A stretch of 64,000 nt of DNA, taken from the NCBI RefSeq assembly GCF_006345805.1, contig NC_043006.1, positions 14,942,001-15,006,000 on the forward strand. Reading direction: 5' to 3'. Shown piece after piece: positions 12,841 to 25,807 of this stretch. This stretch comes from Octopus sinensis (lineage: Eukaryota). Positions within the stretch are counted from its first letter, which is position 1; every line of letters starts with the position of its first letter. Below the pieces are notes generated by a model that saw only the letters and a list, made by a program, of their open reading frames with translations, made no database searches and was not told where the DNA came from. A program made the position numbers and the translations under genes.

Positions 12841-13140
12841 TCTATAATATAAAAATATGAGAATGTGTGTCTGTCTGTATGTGCGCATCACTAAAACACA
12901 ATCGACTTCATTCAGCTTTTACACATGCCTTACTTAGGGTCCATGCAGTGTCCCGGGCCAAAAAAAGCTTCAACTTCTTGCCTAATGTCAGCCCGGAGCA
13001 ATTTCTTATCTCTTACACTATTTCAGTATTACGTGTCAAAAGTGAAACAATAACATCTATATTGTAATGCAAGATACTTTCAGTTCCATAGTTTCACTAT
13101 CAACACTGAAACTATTAAAGTGAAACTGTTATCTCACATA
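12841..13140 (+). mobile_element. Helitron/DINE-like fragment
   Basis: 5' atctataatataaaaat...gtgtgtctgtctgt start motif; small hairpins at ~13171-13192 and 13262-13282. Confidence 0.45.
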
Positions 13141-13660
13141 TATATCTTACATATATACACGTATCTATCATTCAACCACGGTAGTGGTTGAATATATTCT
13201 TTAATATATATTCTTTAATATATTCTTTCGTCATTCGCAGCAACTTCCAAGCTTCACCACTAATTTAGTTCTCAACTAAATTGCAAACTGTTAACAGTTT
13301 TAAGAAGGACACCTCCTCAGCTACACTTTGGCATAAATAGTTTGAGATTTGGTTAAGTAGAAAAAAAAGTTACATCAAGATATCTGCGACCTCAAGGGGA
13401 GGCAGTAAAGCACCTATTCACCTTCAATTAACATAAACTTTTAAATTTTAAATCAAAAGCATACCTTTCTTAGGCTTAAATAATAGAAAAATGCACGCGG
13501 AATTCAGAATCACTGGTCGCATTGTACAAAATTTAGTGGAAGAAGAATTATGAGGTAAAATGTTATGAAATTCCATGTCAGTAAGTAAGAGAGTAAAGGA
13601 GTAACGCTTCAGCTATAAGAATAAAGAATATATTTCTAAAATCAATATCTAATTTCTAAG

Positions 13661-14330
13661 GTGGCGAGTTGGTAGACACGTTATCAAGCCGAGTGAAATG
13701 CTTTGCGGTATTTCTTCTGTCTTCGCGTATTTTGAGTTCCAACTTCGTCGACTTTGACGTACAGATTATTTATTTAATTTTTTTTTAACTAAACACTTTC
13801 AAACTTCCGATACTGGTAGAATATATCACATAGAACAGGGTTTATTCTTAACGTTTTTGACAATTTCTTTTAATTTAGAAGCGGTATTTCGTCTGTCTTT
13901 ACATCCTGAGTTCAAATTCTGCCGAGGTCGACCTTGTCTTTCATCCATTTCGGATCTATTTAATTAGACATACAGATTATTTAATTATTTTTTTAAAACT
14001 AAACACTTCCAAACTTCCGATACTGGTAGAATGAGTCACATAGAACAGGGTTTACTCTTAACGTTTTTGACAAAATTTTGTATTTTAGAACTTATTTCGT
14101 CAGAAGTTACAGAATGACAATGGACAAATTCGTGTTTGATAAGTGCTAATACACGAAACTCTCAGTTTTTGACTTACTCTCTAACTTCTGCCAATGATAT
14201 ATATGCATATTATACATATGTGTAAAAAAATCTCATCATGCAATCGAACCAATGAAAAAGCCTCCACCTGGTCGCTCGACACGCTAAAAATAGCAGCCAA
14301 AGTATCCCCCTACCTAAATCACACGCTCAT
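13661..14330 (+). repeat. SINE fragments interleaved with a locally duplicated ~120-bp DNA-element segment
   Basis: actaaacactt.caaacttccgatactggtagaat at ~13788 and ~13998; the same motif occurs inverted in the 29261-29687 MITE. Confidence 0.6.
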
Positions 14331-14957
14331 TGTATGTAATGTCCTAAAAGACGGTTTGCTGAAGGCTGGAATGTCTTTGATGATACGTTTGCAGTTTCAG
14401 GGTTTATTTGAGGTTAAATAACAACATTTTGGTAAATTTCTATATTGATACCGCACGATTTTCACTAAGAAAAAACAAAAAAATTGATTTTTTGCGTAGA
14501 ATCAAATACTCTGACCTCCTAATATGCTGCAAATCCCTTATTTTAGTTCGGAAAAAGTTAGGGGAGGGGTTTTCCCCCACTCCCAGTAACATTGGAAATT
14601 TTTTTCGTTGAATGAATTCCTGTGACCTCCTAACATTGCAAAATTAGGTTACTTAAGGTGAGCCTGGTAACTGTTGGTTTTGGGGTCTTGTTGTTTGTAA
14701 CTTTTGGTGAGCCATGGTGCAATCAACAACATGGTAAAACTCTCTACCATTAATTTGGTGTGGATGGGTAATATCAAATGATTAAATCACAACATATATT
14801 TAGATTAAACATGAAAAAAAAATCCCTGAAATATTATCATTACTTACACGGAAAAATTGAAATATTATTATTCAGTATTTTATAAGGTAAAATGTTAAAT
14901 TATTAATCGACACATTATTAATTATCTTATAACAGCAATGCCTGGAAAAATAATGGA

Positions 14958-15470
14958 TTACATGGAAAAATGCGAGCATGAAAAGTCATATTCTTAAGAT
15001 CATAAACCTGTAAAAGTACAGGAAAAGTTATTACACCTGTAAAAGTATAGGACAAGCTATTACTTCTAATAAAGAATAAGAAACTTTTTACTTAAAATAT
15101 TCCAGCTAAAATTAAAATTTGAATATCAAAAATTATTTTATTATAGTTTTACAAATATCACTATACTTGTTTAAGTAGAATTTGGCTAATTTACTACCTT
15201 AAATACAGAAAAAAGTAACTAATTAGACAAACTTACAAATTAGCTGAACAGTTTTGTACAATAAATTTAAATGATGAGAACTGTAAAGAGTGATAAATTA
15301 GAAGAACTCGCATTCTTTGTTGCAATATATTAAGTAAACTGCTTCTTATTCTTCACATTACTAGAAGTAATAGTTTGTCCTATACTTTTACAAGTGTAAT
15401 AACTTGTCCTGTACATTTCCAGATTTATAATCTTAAGAATATGACTTTTCATGCTCGCATTTTTCCATGT
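14958..15470. mobile_element. MITE-like element with ~125-bp inverted ends; right end hit by a SINE
   Basis: 14958-15082 is the reverse complement of 15343-15470; third copy at 59504-59600. Confidence 0.75.
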
Positions 15471-15836
15471 GGAAGCACTCCGTCGGTTACGACGACGAGG
15501 GTTCCGGTTGATCCGAATCAACGGAACAGCCTGCTCGTGAAATTAACGTGTAAGTGGCTGAGCACTCCACAGACACGTGTACCCTTAACGTAGTTCTCGG
15601 GGATATTCAGCGTGACGCAGAGAGTGACAAGGCCGGCCCTTTGAAATACAGGTACAACAGAAACAGGAAGTAAGAGTGAGAGAAAGTTGTGGTGAAAGAG
15701 TACAGCAGGGATCACCACCATCCCCTGCCGGAACCTCGTGGAGCTTTAGGTGTTTTCGCTCAATAAACACTCACAACGCCCGGTCTGGGAATCGAAACCG
15801 CGATCCTATGACCGCGAGTCCGCTACCCTAACCACT
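15471..15836 (-). mobile_element. SINE-C (5' end slightly truncated)
   Basis: Matches 52635-53023. Confidence 0.9.
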
Positions 15837-15841
15837 AGTAA

Positions 15842-15932
<91 letters not shown>

Positions 15933-16145
15933 TTCTGTGTGAGTTAGAGGTTGAGAAACCAACTAAGGGATAGTACCTATCCAGTATACTGTTGGTAGTG
16001 TACCCAACTATTCATACCCAAGTGCTAGTTATGCGTAGCAATCTCGCAATTGAGTGTTATATATGGGCAGGAGTAAAGACTCGTTTACCCTTGATTTATA
16101 CGGCAAATAAGAAAGTGGAGAGGATACAAAATCGACAGAATTCAG

Positions 16146-16630
16146 CCGGTAAACATTCCAGTGTGTCTATTTATTCCAATGTATTAGATGAATATATACA
16201 CATGTATCAGTGGTACAGATTATCAAATAGAAAGAGTTGGTAATTGTAAAAACAAGTGCGTGGAAGCATAAAATCATATAGGAACAGGTGATTGAATAAA
16301 TGAGCAAATGATCAAATGAATAAATGAACAGATTGTCAGTAAAACTGAATGGGTGTGTAGGTGCTAGTTCCTTACGGCCGTTTCTGCCCCGAGGCAACGA
16401 AATCTTCTAGGTTATCGCCATCTCTTCAGTGTTATGTAGGAAATGAGCAAGTAAGGCTTGAATAATGAGTGTGCCTCTAGGCTTCAGCGTCGAAATGGTT
16501 GCGAGGGCTAACATATATAAAAATCAGTTAATAATAGCTACAGTGTGTTTTTAAAATAGAGTCGGAAAAGAATTGAGTATGTATTCATCTAATACATTGG
16601 AATAAATAGACATTCTGGAATGTTTACCGG
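16146..16630 (-). mobile_element. Element with ~54-bp inverted ends and a decayed hammerhead-like motif (16368-16442)
   Basis: 16146-16199 vs 16577-16630 inverted; minus strand CTGAAGA...GAAA-cggccg-TA-aggaa. Confidence 0.55.
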
Positions 16631-17146
16631 CAGAGAAGTAAATCTAAGACAATGACTTAAAAAAAACAGAAAATATCTCAATAACACACACGCATATACA
16701 AAGCTGGAGACACTCAAAAGAAAACATCGCAGTTCAGACCCACACACCCCAACAAGAAGGAAAACCTTAATTTCTTAACAGAACACTGAACAAAATATTA
16801 ATCTCAACATACACACCCATTAACACACACACACACAGCTGGACATAAAATCCATACAATTAATGATTTAAGCCACTCCCATTGTAAATTCCATTGTCTC
16901 GACCACGGTCGAACAATGAATGAATGAAGCCACTCCCTTGGCAGGAACTCACAGAAATTTCTTTTTAGACTACTACACCTCTTCTCTCCCTCTCTTTCTC
17001 TCTAACACCTTGAACTCTGTGCCAAATTATTTACTAAGTATATTTGAAGCAGACTTTACCGGAAAACTCCAGACATTTTCGGGCTACCAAAAAGAAGATA
17101 GGCACAAACTATTTTTTACTTCAAACCGGTAATATTTTATATTCTC

Positions 17147-17573
<427 letters not shown>

Positions 17574-17670
17574 GGAGTAAACGCATAAATGTGAAACAAG
17601 GTGGAAAAAAGAGTACTCAAATACCAGTGGTAGAGTAATATGCTTTATTTTAAGCAGCAGAAAATTCAAC

Positions 17671-17993
17671 AAAATCTGTTACTCTGAGTTTCTCGTTGCC
17701 GTTCATCAGACAGTTTTTGCTAGAATGGAACCGATATATCAATTCAATCTAGACTCAAATACCAGTGGTAGAGTAATATGCTTTATTTTAAGCAGCAGAA
17801 AATTCAACAAAATCTGTTACTCTGAGTTTCTCGTTGCCGTTCATCAGACAGTTTTTGCTAGAATGGAACCGATATATCAATTCAATCTAGACTCAAATAC
17901 CAGTGGTAGAGTAATATGCTTTATTTTAAGCAGCAGAAAATTCAACAAAATCTGTTACTCTGAGTTTCTCGTTGCCGTTCATCAGACAGTTTT
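17671..17993 (-). ncRNA. Three tandem minimal type I hammerheads (17671-17717, 17809-17855, 17947-17993)
   Basis: aaaactgt-CTGATGA-a(cg GCAA cg)a-GAAA-ctcagag-TA-acagatttt in each monomer. Confidence 0.82.
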
Positions 17994-18073
17994 TGCTAGA
18001 ATGGAACCGATATATCAATTCAATCTAGACTCTAGAGTCTAGATTGAATTGATATATCGGTTCCATTCTAGCA

Positions 18074-18120
18074 AAAACTGTCTGATGAACGGCAACGAGA
18101 AACTCAGAGTAACAGATTTT
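18074..18120 (+). ncRNA. Fourth copy of the same hammerhead in the inverted arm
   Basis: CTGATGA 18082, GAAA 18099, GUA 18109-18111, helix I ctgt/acag plus aaaa/tttt. Confidence 0.82.
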
Positions 18121-18295
18121 GTTGAATTTTCTGCTGCTTAAAATAAAGTATATATATATATATATAAATATGGAGTGTGTGAAAAGGTGAGGGAGAGAGA
18201 GGGGGACAGAAAAGTTTCCAGTGAGCTTTAAAAGTATTGTGAACACAATGAATAAAAACAAAAGAGCACATATGAGATTGCTGCTGCTGTCGCTA

Positions 18296-18343
<48 letters not shown>

Positions 18344-18344
18344 A

Positions 18345-18382
<38 letters not shown>

Positions 18383-18599
18383 TACTACTACGACGACGAC
18401 GACTACCACACCTGCTCCTGTTACTGTTGCTGCTGCTCTCAGCATTTGTTTCCTAATTTTGATCAGAATTTAAAGAATAAAATTAAGGAGAAAAAAAGTT
18501 ACAGTTGAAAAGAACGAGAAGAAAAGGCAACAAAATCAAAATGGCCGATCGTCTGATTGTTTGGTTTTGAAGTCGTAGTGTTACTGTTTGCTGTTGCCG

Positions 18600-20390
18600 A
18601 CGACGACGACGACGACGAGATGATGATGATGATGATGATGATGAGAGGATGAGGATGAGGAGGAGGTGGAGGATGACGGCAATGGTGATGATAAAGATGA
18701 TTAGATGATGATGATGATGATGATGAGGAGGAGGAGGAGGAGGATGACGGCAATGGTGATGATAAAGATGATTAGATGTTGATGATGATGATGATGATGA
18801 TGAGGAGGAGGAGGATGACGGCAATGGTGATGATAAAGATGATTAGATGATGATGATGATGAGGAGGAGGAGGAGGAGGATGACGGCAATGGTGATGATA
18901 AAGATGATTAGATGATGATGATGATTGATGAGGAGAGGAGGAGGATGACGGCAATGGTGATGATAAAGATGATTAGATGATGATGATGATGATGAGGAGG
19001 AGGAGGAGGATGACGGCAATGGTGATGATAAAGATGATTAGATGATGATGATGATATGATGATGATTGAGGAGGAGTGATGACGGCAATGGTGATGATAA
19101 AGATGATTAGATGATGATGATGATGATGTTGATGAGGAGGAGGAGGAGGATGACGGCAATGGTGATGATAAAGATGATTAGATATATGATGATGATGATG
19201 ATGATGAGGAGAGAGGATGACGGCAATGGTGATGATAAAGATGATTAGATGATGATGATATGATGATGATGAGGAGGAGGATGACGGCAATGGTGATGAT
19301 AAAGATGATTAGATGATGATGATGATGATGATGATGAGGAGGAGGAGGATGACGGCAATGGTGATGATAAAGATGATTAGATGATGATGATGATGATGAG
19401 GAGGAGAGGAGGAGGAGGATGACGGCAATGGTGATGATAAAGATGATTAGATGATGATGATGATGATGATGATGAGGAGGAGGAGGAGGATGACGGCAAT
19501 GGTGATGATAAAGATGATTAGATGATGATGATGATGATGATGATGAGAGGAGGAGGAGGAGGAGGATGACGGCAATGGTGATGATAAAGATGATTAGATG
19601 ATGATGATGATGATGATGATGATGAGGAGGAGGAGGATGACGGCAATGGTGATGATAAAGATGATTAGATGATGATGATGATGATGATGATGAGGAGGAG
19701 GAGGATGACGGCAATGGTGATGATGATGAGGAGGAGGAGGAGGAGGATGACGGCAATGGTGATGATAAAGATGATTAGATGATGATGATGATGATGATGA
19801 GGAGGAGGAGGAGGAGGATGACGGCAATGGTGATGATGATGAGGAGGATGAAGATGGCGATGGTGATGAGGATAAAGATGATATAGATGATGATGATGAT
19901 GAGGAGGAGGAGGAGGAGGAGAAGGAAGAGGAGGAGGAGGTGGAGGAGGATGAGGATGACGGCAATGGTGATGATGATGAGGAGGATGAAGATGGCAATG
20001 GTGATGATGATAAAGATGATATAGATGATGATGATGATGATGATGATGTATGATGAGGAAGGAAGGAGGAGGAGATGGAGGAGGTGGAGGAGGATAGGAT
20101 GACGGCAATGTGATGATGATGAGAGATGAAGAATGGCAATGTTGATGATGATAAAGATGATATAGATGATGATGATGATGAGGAGGAGGAGGAGGAGGAG
20201 GAGGAGAAGGAAGTGGTGGATGGCGGCAGTGGTGATGCTGATGAAGATGATGTAGATGATGATGATGATGATAATGATGATGATGATGATGATGATGATG
20301 AAGAGGATGATGAAGATGATGATGATGATGATGATGATGTAGATGATGAAGATGACAGTTTGAATTTGAATTGGTTGAGAGTGGTTGACT
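18600..20390. repeat. Compound satellite: conserved ~36-bp core (ggatgacggcaatggtgatgataaagatgattagat) spaced by variable (GAT)n and (GAG)n, ~20 units
   Basis: gacggcaatgg recurs every ~40-76 bp; units diverge toward 20390. Confidence 0.92.
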
Positions 20391-20399
20391 GACAGCTGG

Positions 20400-21118
20400 T
20401 TGATGGTGGCCTTGATGTCTCTACGAGGGACGATTGTGATGGTGGTTGCTGTCGGTGAACTTGAAGTTGCTAGGATGCGCTGAACGGCGATGGTGTTGGT
20501 AGTAGTAGCGGTGGTGTTGATGGATGTGATGGTGGCTGTGGTAATTGGTGGTGATGGGTGATGGAATACTAGTGATGGTATTGATGATGGTGGTAGTGGT
20601 GATGTTGATGATGATGATGACGATGGTGGTAGCGGTGGTAGTGCGCGATCGAAAAAGAATGATTAGTAAGGTGGGACAATGGTGGCACTGGATGATGGTA
20701 GCGATGACAGTGGTGGTGGTGAGGGTGATGGTGGCGGTGTTGGTGCGGAGTAGCGGTGGTGGTGGCAGGTTTCGAAGACGATGATCGCGGCATCGATGCT
20801 TAAGTGTTTGAGTAGAGGGACGGCGGATGTGTTGTTAGGGTTGAGCATTAGGTTCTGATTATTGATAATCCCCGTGAAAGTGAAAGTGGTGGTGGTGGTG
20901 GTGGTGGTGGTGGTAGAGGTAACGATGGTGGAGAAGTGGAAATGGCGGCGACGTTGATATTTGAGTAATGGGGGTGTAGGAGCAGGAGGTAGGGGGGGGC
21001 TCCTGCTGGTTGTGATGATGGTGGTGGTGGTGGTGGTCGTCGTCGTGTTCATTGTTGAGTAGTAGTGGTGGCTGTGTCGGTTGTAGTGGTAGCTGTTGGA
21101 GTAGAGATGGTAATAATA

Positions 21119-21157
<39 letters not shown>

Positions 21158-21300
21158 GTGATGATGGTGGTGATGATGATGATGATGATGATGATGGTGA
21201 TGATGGTGGTGATGAGGATAATGATAGTGGTAATGATGATGATGATGAGGAGAAGTCGGAGGAGAGGAGAAGGAGGAAAGTGACGGTGGTGTTGTAGATC
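20400..21300. repeat. Degenerate GGT/GAT low-complexity region
   Basis: Direct reading. Confidence 0.8.
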
Positions 21301-21683
21301 TTGTTACATCTCTTTCAACCACTTGAAGTATTTCAAATTTTCACCAGCATGTTTATTTAAAAATATTTTTTTTTTTTTTGTAGTTCTAATGTACTTTTGC
21401 GTGCTGATAACGAAAAATGCATATTTTTATTCTAGAATAACAAAGGAGTTACAAGTGTTTAATGTTATGTCATTTTTAACCAATCAAACACTTCCACTGC
21501 TGATGTTGTCATGGAGATCAGCATACACAACGAAGACGAAACCTTTACGCGCTCTCTCGACCTCCTGGAAATAACGGCCAAATTTTCCTTTAACAACACC
21601 ATAATGTCTACAAAAAAAAAAAAAATGATTGGACATTATATTACGTTGCTGGCGAAAGACATTCACCAATTTGTTTTTTTTTA

Positions 21684-22087
21684 GCGCAGGAGTGGCTGTG
21701 TGGTAAGTAGCTTGTTTACCAACCACATGGTTCCGGGTTCATTCCCACTGCGTGGCACCTTGGGCAAGTGTCTTCTACTATAGCCTCGGGCCGACCAAAG
21801 CCTTGTGAGTGGATTTGGTAGACGGAAACTGAAAGAAGCCCGTCGTATATATGTATATATATGCGTGTGTGTGTGTTTGTGTGTCTGTGTTTGTCCCCCT
21901 AGCGTTGCTTGACAACCGATGCTGGTGTGTTTATGTCCCCGTTACTTAGCGGTTCGGCAAAAGAGACCGATAGAATAAGTACTGGGCTTACAAAAGAATA
22001 AGTCCTGGTGTCGAGTTGCTCGATTAAAGGTGGTGCTCCAGCATGGCCGCAGTCAAATGACTGAAACAAGTAAAAGAGTAAAGAGTA
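21684..22087 (+). mobile_element. SINE-B, full length
   Basis: Consensus match. Confidence 0.92.
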
Positions 22088-22196
22088 TTCATAACACTAG
22101 CAAAATTAATTCTTTTTCTTTTCTTCTTTTTTTTTTGTCTTTGGTCAATAATTGTTATTCCTTCTTTGCTTCTAGCTAGAAACCAAAGGAAATTAC

Positions 22197-23210
22197 GGAA
22201 AGACTTCCGCACGTCCTCACTGCATTTTCTCCCAAATTTGTTTATTAAAAAATTTTTTTTTTGCCCCCCCCCCCATCCCCGTTTTCGGATACGGAGATTC
22301 CGGAAAATTGCCAAAAATTGGCATTACTCTTTTGTTTCAGTCATTTGACTGCGGCCATGCTGGAGCACCGACTTTAGTCGAGCAACTCGACCCCGGGACT
22401 TATTCTATGTAAGCCCAGTACTTATTCTATCGGTCTCTTTTGCCGAACCGCTAAGTGACGGGACATAACACACCAGCATTGGTTGTCAAGCGATGTTGGG
22501 GGGAAAAACACAGACACACAACACACACACATACATATATATATATATATTATATATATATATATTATATATATATATATATACGACAGGCTTCCTTCAG
22601 TTTCCGTCTACCAAATCCACTCACAAGGCTTTGGTCGGCCTGGGGCTATAGCAGAAGACACTTGCCCAAGATGCCAGGCAGTGGGACTGAACCCGGAACC
22701 ATGTGGTTGGTTAGCAAGCTACTTACCACACAGCCACTCCTGCGTCTATTGTTAAAATTTTCCTCCTCTTTCCCTCCCAAATTCTTCAATTTTGACTTTT
22801 TTTCTCCAACAGTAACCGTAACCGTAACCCTAACCGTAATCCTAAAATCCTAACCCTGACCCTAACCGTAACTACAGAAATGTTTTGAGTGTTTTGTCAG
22901 AATAATAATGTCCGTATTTTACTGCATATTTAGAAAAAACAATCTTTAAAAAAATTTTACCAAAATTTTTGGAAATTTTTTTCAGAATCATAATCTCCAT
23001 ATTTTTCTGTATATTTTGCAAAAACAAAAATGTTTCTGAAAAATGTATAAAATGAAGGAAATGGGGTGAGGGGGAGTGGTAATTTAAAAATGTCAATTTT
23101 TGCCAATTTTTTTGCAGATTCGTATTCCCCGAAAAGGGGTGGGGTTGTGTCGAAAAAAATTTTTTTAAACGGTGTTTTTTTTTTTGCGGGGGACGAGCAG
23201 AAGTCTTGCC
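22197..23210. mobile_element. Fold-back MITE with GG-initiated TIRs, 8-bp TSD and internal telomere-like repeats
   Basis: TIR ggaaagacttccgcacgtcc vs reverse complement ggcaagacttctgctcgtcc; TSD gaaattac at 22189-22196 and 23211-23218; degenerate CCTAAC/CCGTAA at 22812-22872. Confidence 0.8.
22323..22743 (-). mobile_element. SINE-B nested in the fold-back MITE
   Basis: Reverse-complement consensus match. Confidence 0.92.
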
Positions 23211-23539
23211 GAAATTACTATAATTCCCTTCTTCAAACTTTGCTTTTGTGACCTGGACATCAATGTTTTGAAACTCACCTATTTTCCATTACGTTTCAAA
23301 CAGACTCAGCTGGGGGCTGCTGGAGCAGAAATATCTTCATAGCAAATATTCTGCTCAATTGCACAGGTTTACTTGTCAGTTGCTTGACCTCAACCACTTG
23401 ATCATGTCCCTTTGTGGCTGACAATATGTGCATCCCTGATCATGAGCAGGAGTAGTGGGAGAATACCATAGCTGTGTGTTGTGAGGGATTCTTTGAGGTT
23501 TAAAGAAACAACAAAAGCAAAAGTTTGAAAGAAATATTA

Positions 23540-24303
23540 AAGGCTGCGAGCTGGCAGAAACGTTAGCCGTATTTCGTCTGCCGTTACGTTCTGAGTTCAA
23601 ATTCCGCCGAGGCCGACTTTGCCTTTCATCCTTTCGGGGTCGATAAATTAAGTACCAGTTACGCACTGGATTCGATGTAATCGACTTAATCCCTTTATCT
23701 GTCCTTGTTTGTCCCCTCTATGTTTAGCCCCTTGTGGGTAGTAACGAAATAGGTATTTCGTCTACCGTTACCTTCTGAGTTCAAATTCCGCCGAGGTCGA
23801 CTTTGCCTTTCATCCTTTCGGGGTCGATAAATTAAGTACCAGTTACGCACTGGATTCGATGTAATCGACTTAATCCCTTTATCTGTCCTTGTTTGTCCCC
23901 TCTATGTTTAGTCCCTTGTGGGTAGTAACGAACTAGGTATTTCGTCTACCGTTACCTTCTGAGTTCAAATTCCGCCGAGGTCGACTTTGCCTTTCATCCT
24001 TTCGGGGTCGATAAATTAAGTACCAGTTACGCACTGGATTCGATGTAATCGACTTAATCCCTTTATCTGTCCTTGTTTGTCCCCTCTATGTTTAGCCCCT
24101 TGTGTGTAGTAACGAAATAGGTATTTCGTCTACCGTTACCTTCTGAGTTCAAATTCCGCCGAGGTCGACTTTGCCTTTCATCCTTTCGGGGTCGATAAAT
24201 AAGTACCAGTTACGCACTGGAGTCGATGTAATCGACTTAATCCGTTTGTCTGTCCTTGTTTGTCCCCTCTATGTTTAGCCCATTGTGAGCAATAAAGAAA
24301 TAA
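23540..24303 (+). mobile_element. SINE-A with four ~184-bp body monomers
   Basis: ctgagttcaaattcc at 23591, 23776, 23960, 24144. Confidence 0.92.
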
Positions 24304-24879
24304 AAAAAATATTAGCCATTTTTCATACTTTCTACGATTAAGCAAATAGGAAATAATAGATGCTATCCAAATACAAAAAATCGTGTTACACACTGTAATT
24401 AGGGCACCAATGTATCGTAATTTGGTCCTGGATTCACAGCAACCAATAATATCTTTATTATATGTAATTATAAACACATCCTGTATATTAACTATATGTA
24501 ATTATAAACCTGTCGTTTGTATTAACACGTACTGAGCGTGTTCCGTAGCAGAGTTTGTTAGATTGATTTCAAAAATTTGGCACAAGGCCAGAAATTTCCA
24601 GTGAGGGGTTAAATCGATAATATCGACCCCTGTGTTCAGCTGGTACTTATTTTATCAACCCCGTGAGGGATTTCCGAAAAGCAAAGTCGACCTCGGCGTT
24701 ATTTGAATTCAGAACGTAAAGACGGACCAAGTAGCGCAAAGTATTTTGCCCGGCGTGCTAACGATTTTGCTAGTTCACCGCCACAGGAGAATTTGTAATA
24801 TTAAATATTATAAACGTGTTCATGCAAATACATAACAAACATCTGTGTTAATATAAACACACATACACACATACTGTTA

Positions 24880-25274
24880 CTGTTTTACTTGTTTCAGTCA
24901 TTTGACTGCGGCCATGCTGGAGCACCGCCTTTAATCGAGCAAATCGACCCTGGGACTTATTCTTTGTAAGCCCAGTACTTATTCTATCGGTCCCTTTTGC
25001 CGAACCGCTAAGTGACGGGGACGTAAACACACCAGCATTGGTTGTCAAGCAATGCTAGGGGGACAAACACAGGCACACAAACACATATATATATATATAT
25101 ACATATATATACGACGGGCTTCTTTCAGTTTCCGTCTACCAAATCCACTCACAAGGCTTTGGTCGGCCCGAGGCTAAAGCAGAAGACACTTGCCCAAGAT
25201 GCCACGCAGTGGGACTGAACCCGGAACCATGTGGTTGGGAAGCAAGCTTCTTACCACACAGCCACGCCTGCGCC
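24880..25274 (-). mobile_element. SINE-B
   Basis: Reverse-complement consensus match. Confidence 0.9.
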
Positions 25275-25807
25275 TACACACACAATATTACAAACTCTGC
25301 TCTTAGTTCGTATAACGATGGTATTAGCACGCCGGGCGAAATGCTTAGCGGTATTTTGTCTGCGTTACGTTGTGAGTTGCGCACTGGGGTCGATGTAATC
25401 GACTTAATACCTATGTCTGTCCTTGTTTGTCCCCTCTGTGTTTAGCCCCTTGTGGGTAATAAAGAAATAGGTATGTAGCAATTAATTGAGAAGGCATGTA
25501 GTCTCAAGTCGAGATTCACCAGAGTGTGACGATCTATACGTAGCAAAGAAATGAGTGGAAGAAAAATACTATTAATTGAAATGATTCTTTATTTAGACAA
25601 GAAAAGAATATGAAAGTTCTGTAGTTGCGCGATTACAGGCCATACGTGAAATGCTCCATTGCCCAGGAGTCAAACAAAAAGAAGCAGAACCGATTTGGGG
25701 TTCTGTACTTATATATTTTAAAACTAAATTAGGTCAGGCCAAAGAAAGGATTTTTCATGGCCTCGAAGATCGTAACGCGAGGAGGCGACGGTAGCGTTAA
25801 CAATTGT

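Larger units (their letters stand above)
17572..18148 (-). mobile_element. (TA)n-flanked retrozyme-like element: 138-bp monomer x3 plus a perfect 230-bp palindrome
   Basis: Units start at 17615, 17753, 17891; palindrome arms 17919-18033 and 18034-18148. Confidence 0.9.

Noticed and set aside
17615-18031. CRISPR-like or coding tandem (105-aa repeated ORF)
   Set aside because: Eukaryotic context, no variable spacers; the ORF is an accident of a 138-bp (divisible by 3) unit, better explained as a ribozyme monomer
18483-20392. His/Pro/Ser-rich and Asp/Glu-rich ORFs; EF-hand-like DxDGDG look
   Set aside because: Products of a triplet-based satellite with frequent frameshifts and an in-frame TAG in most units
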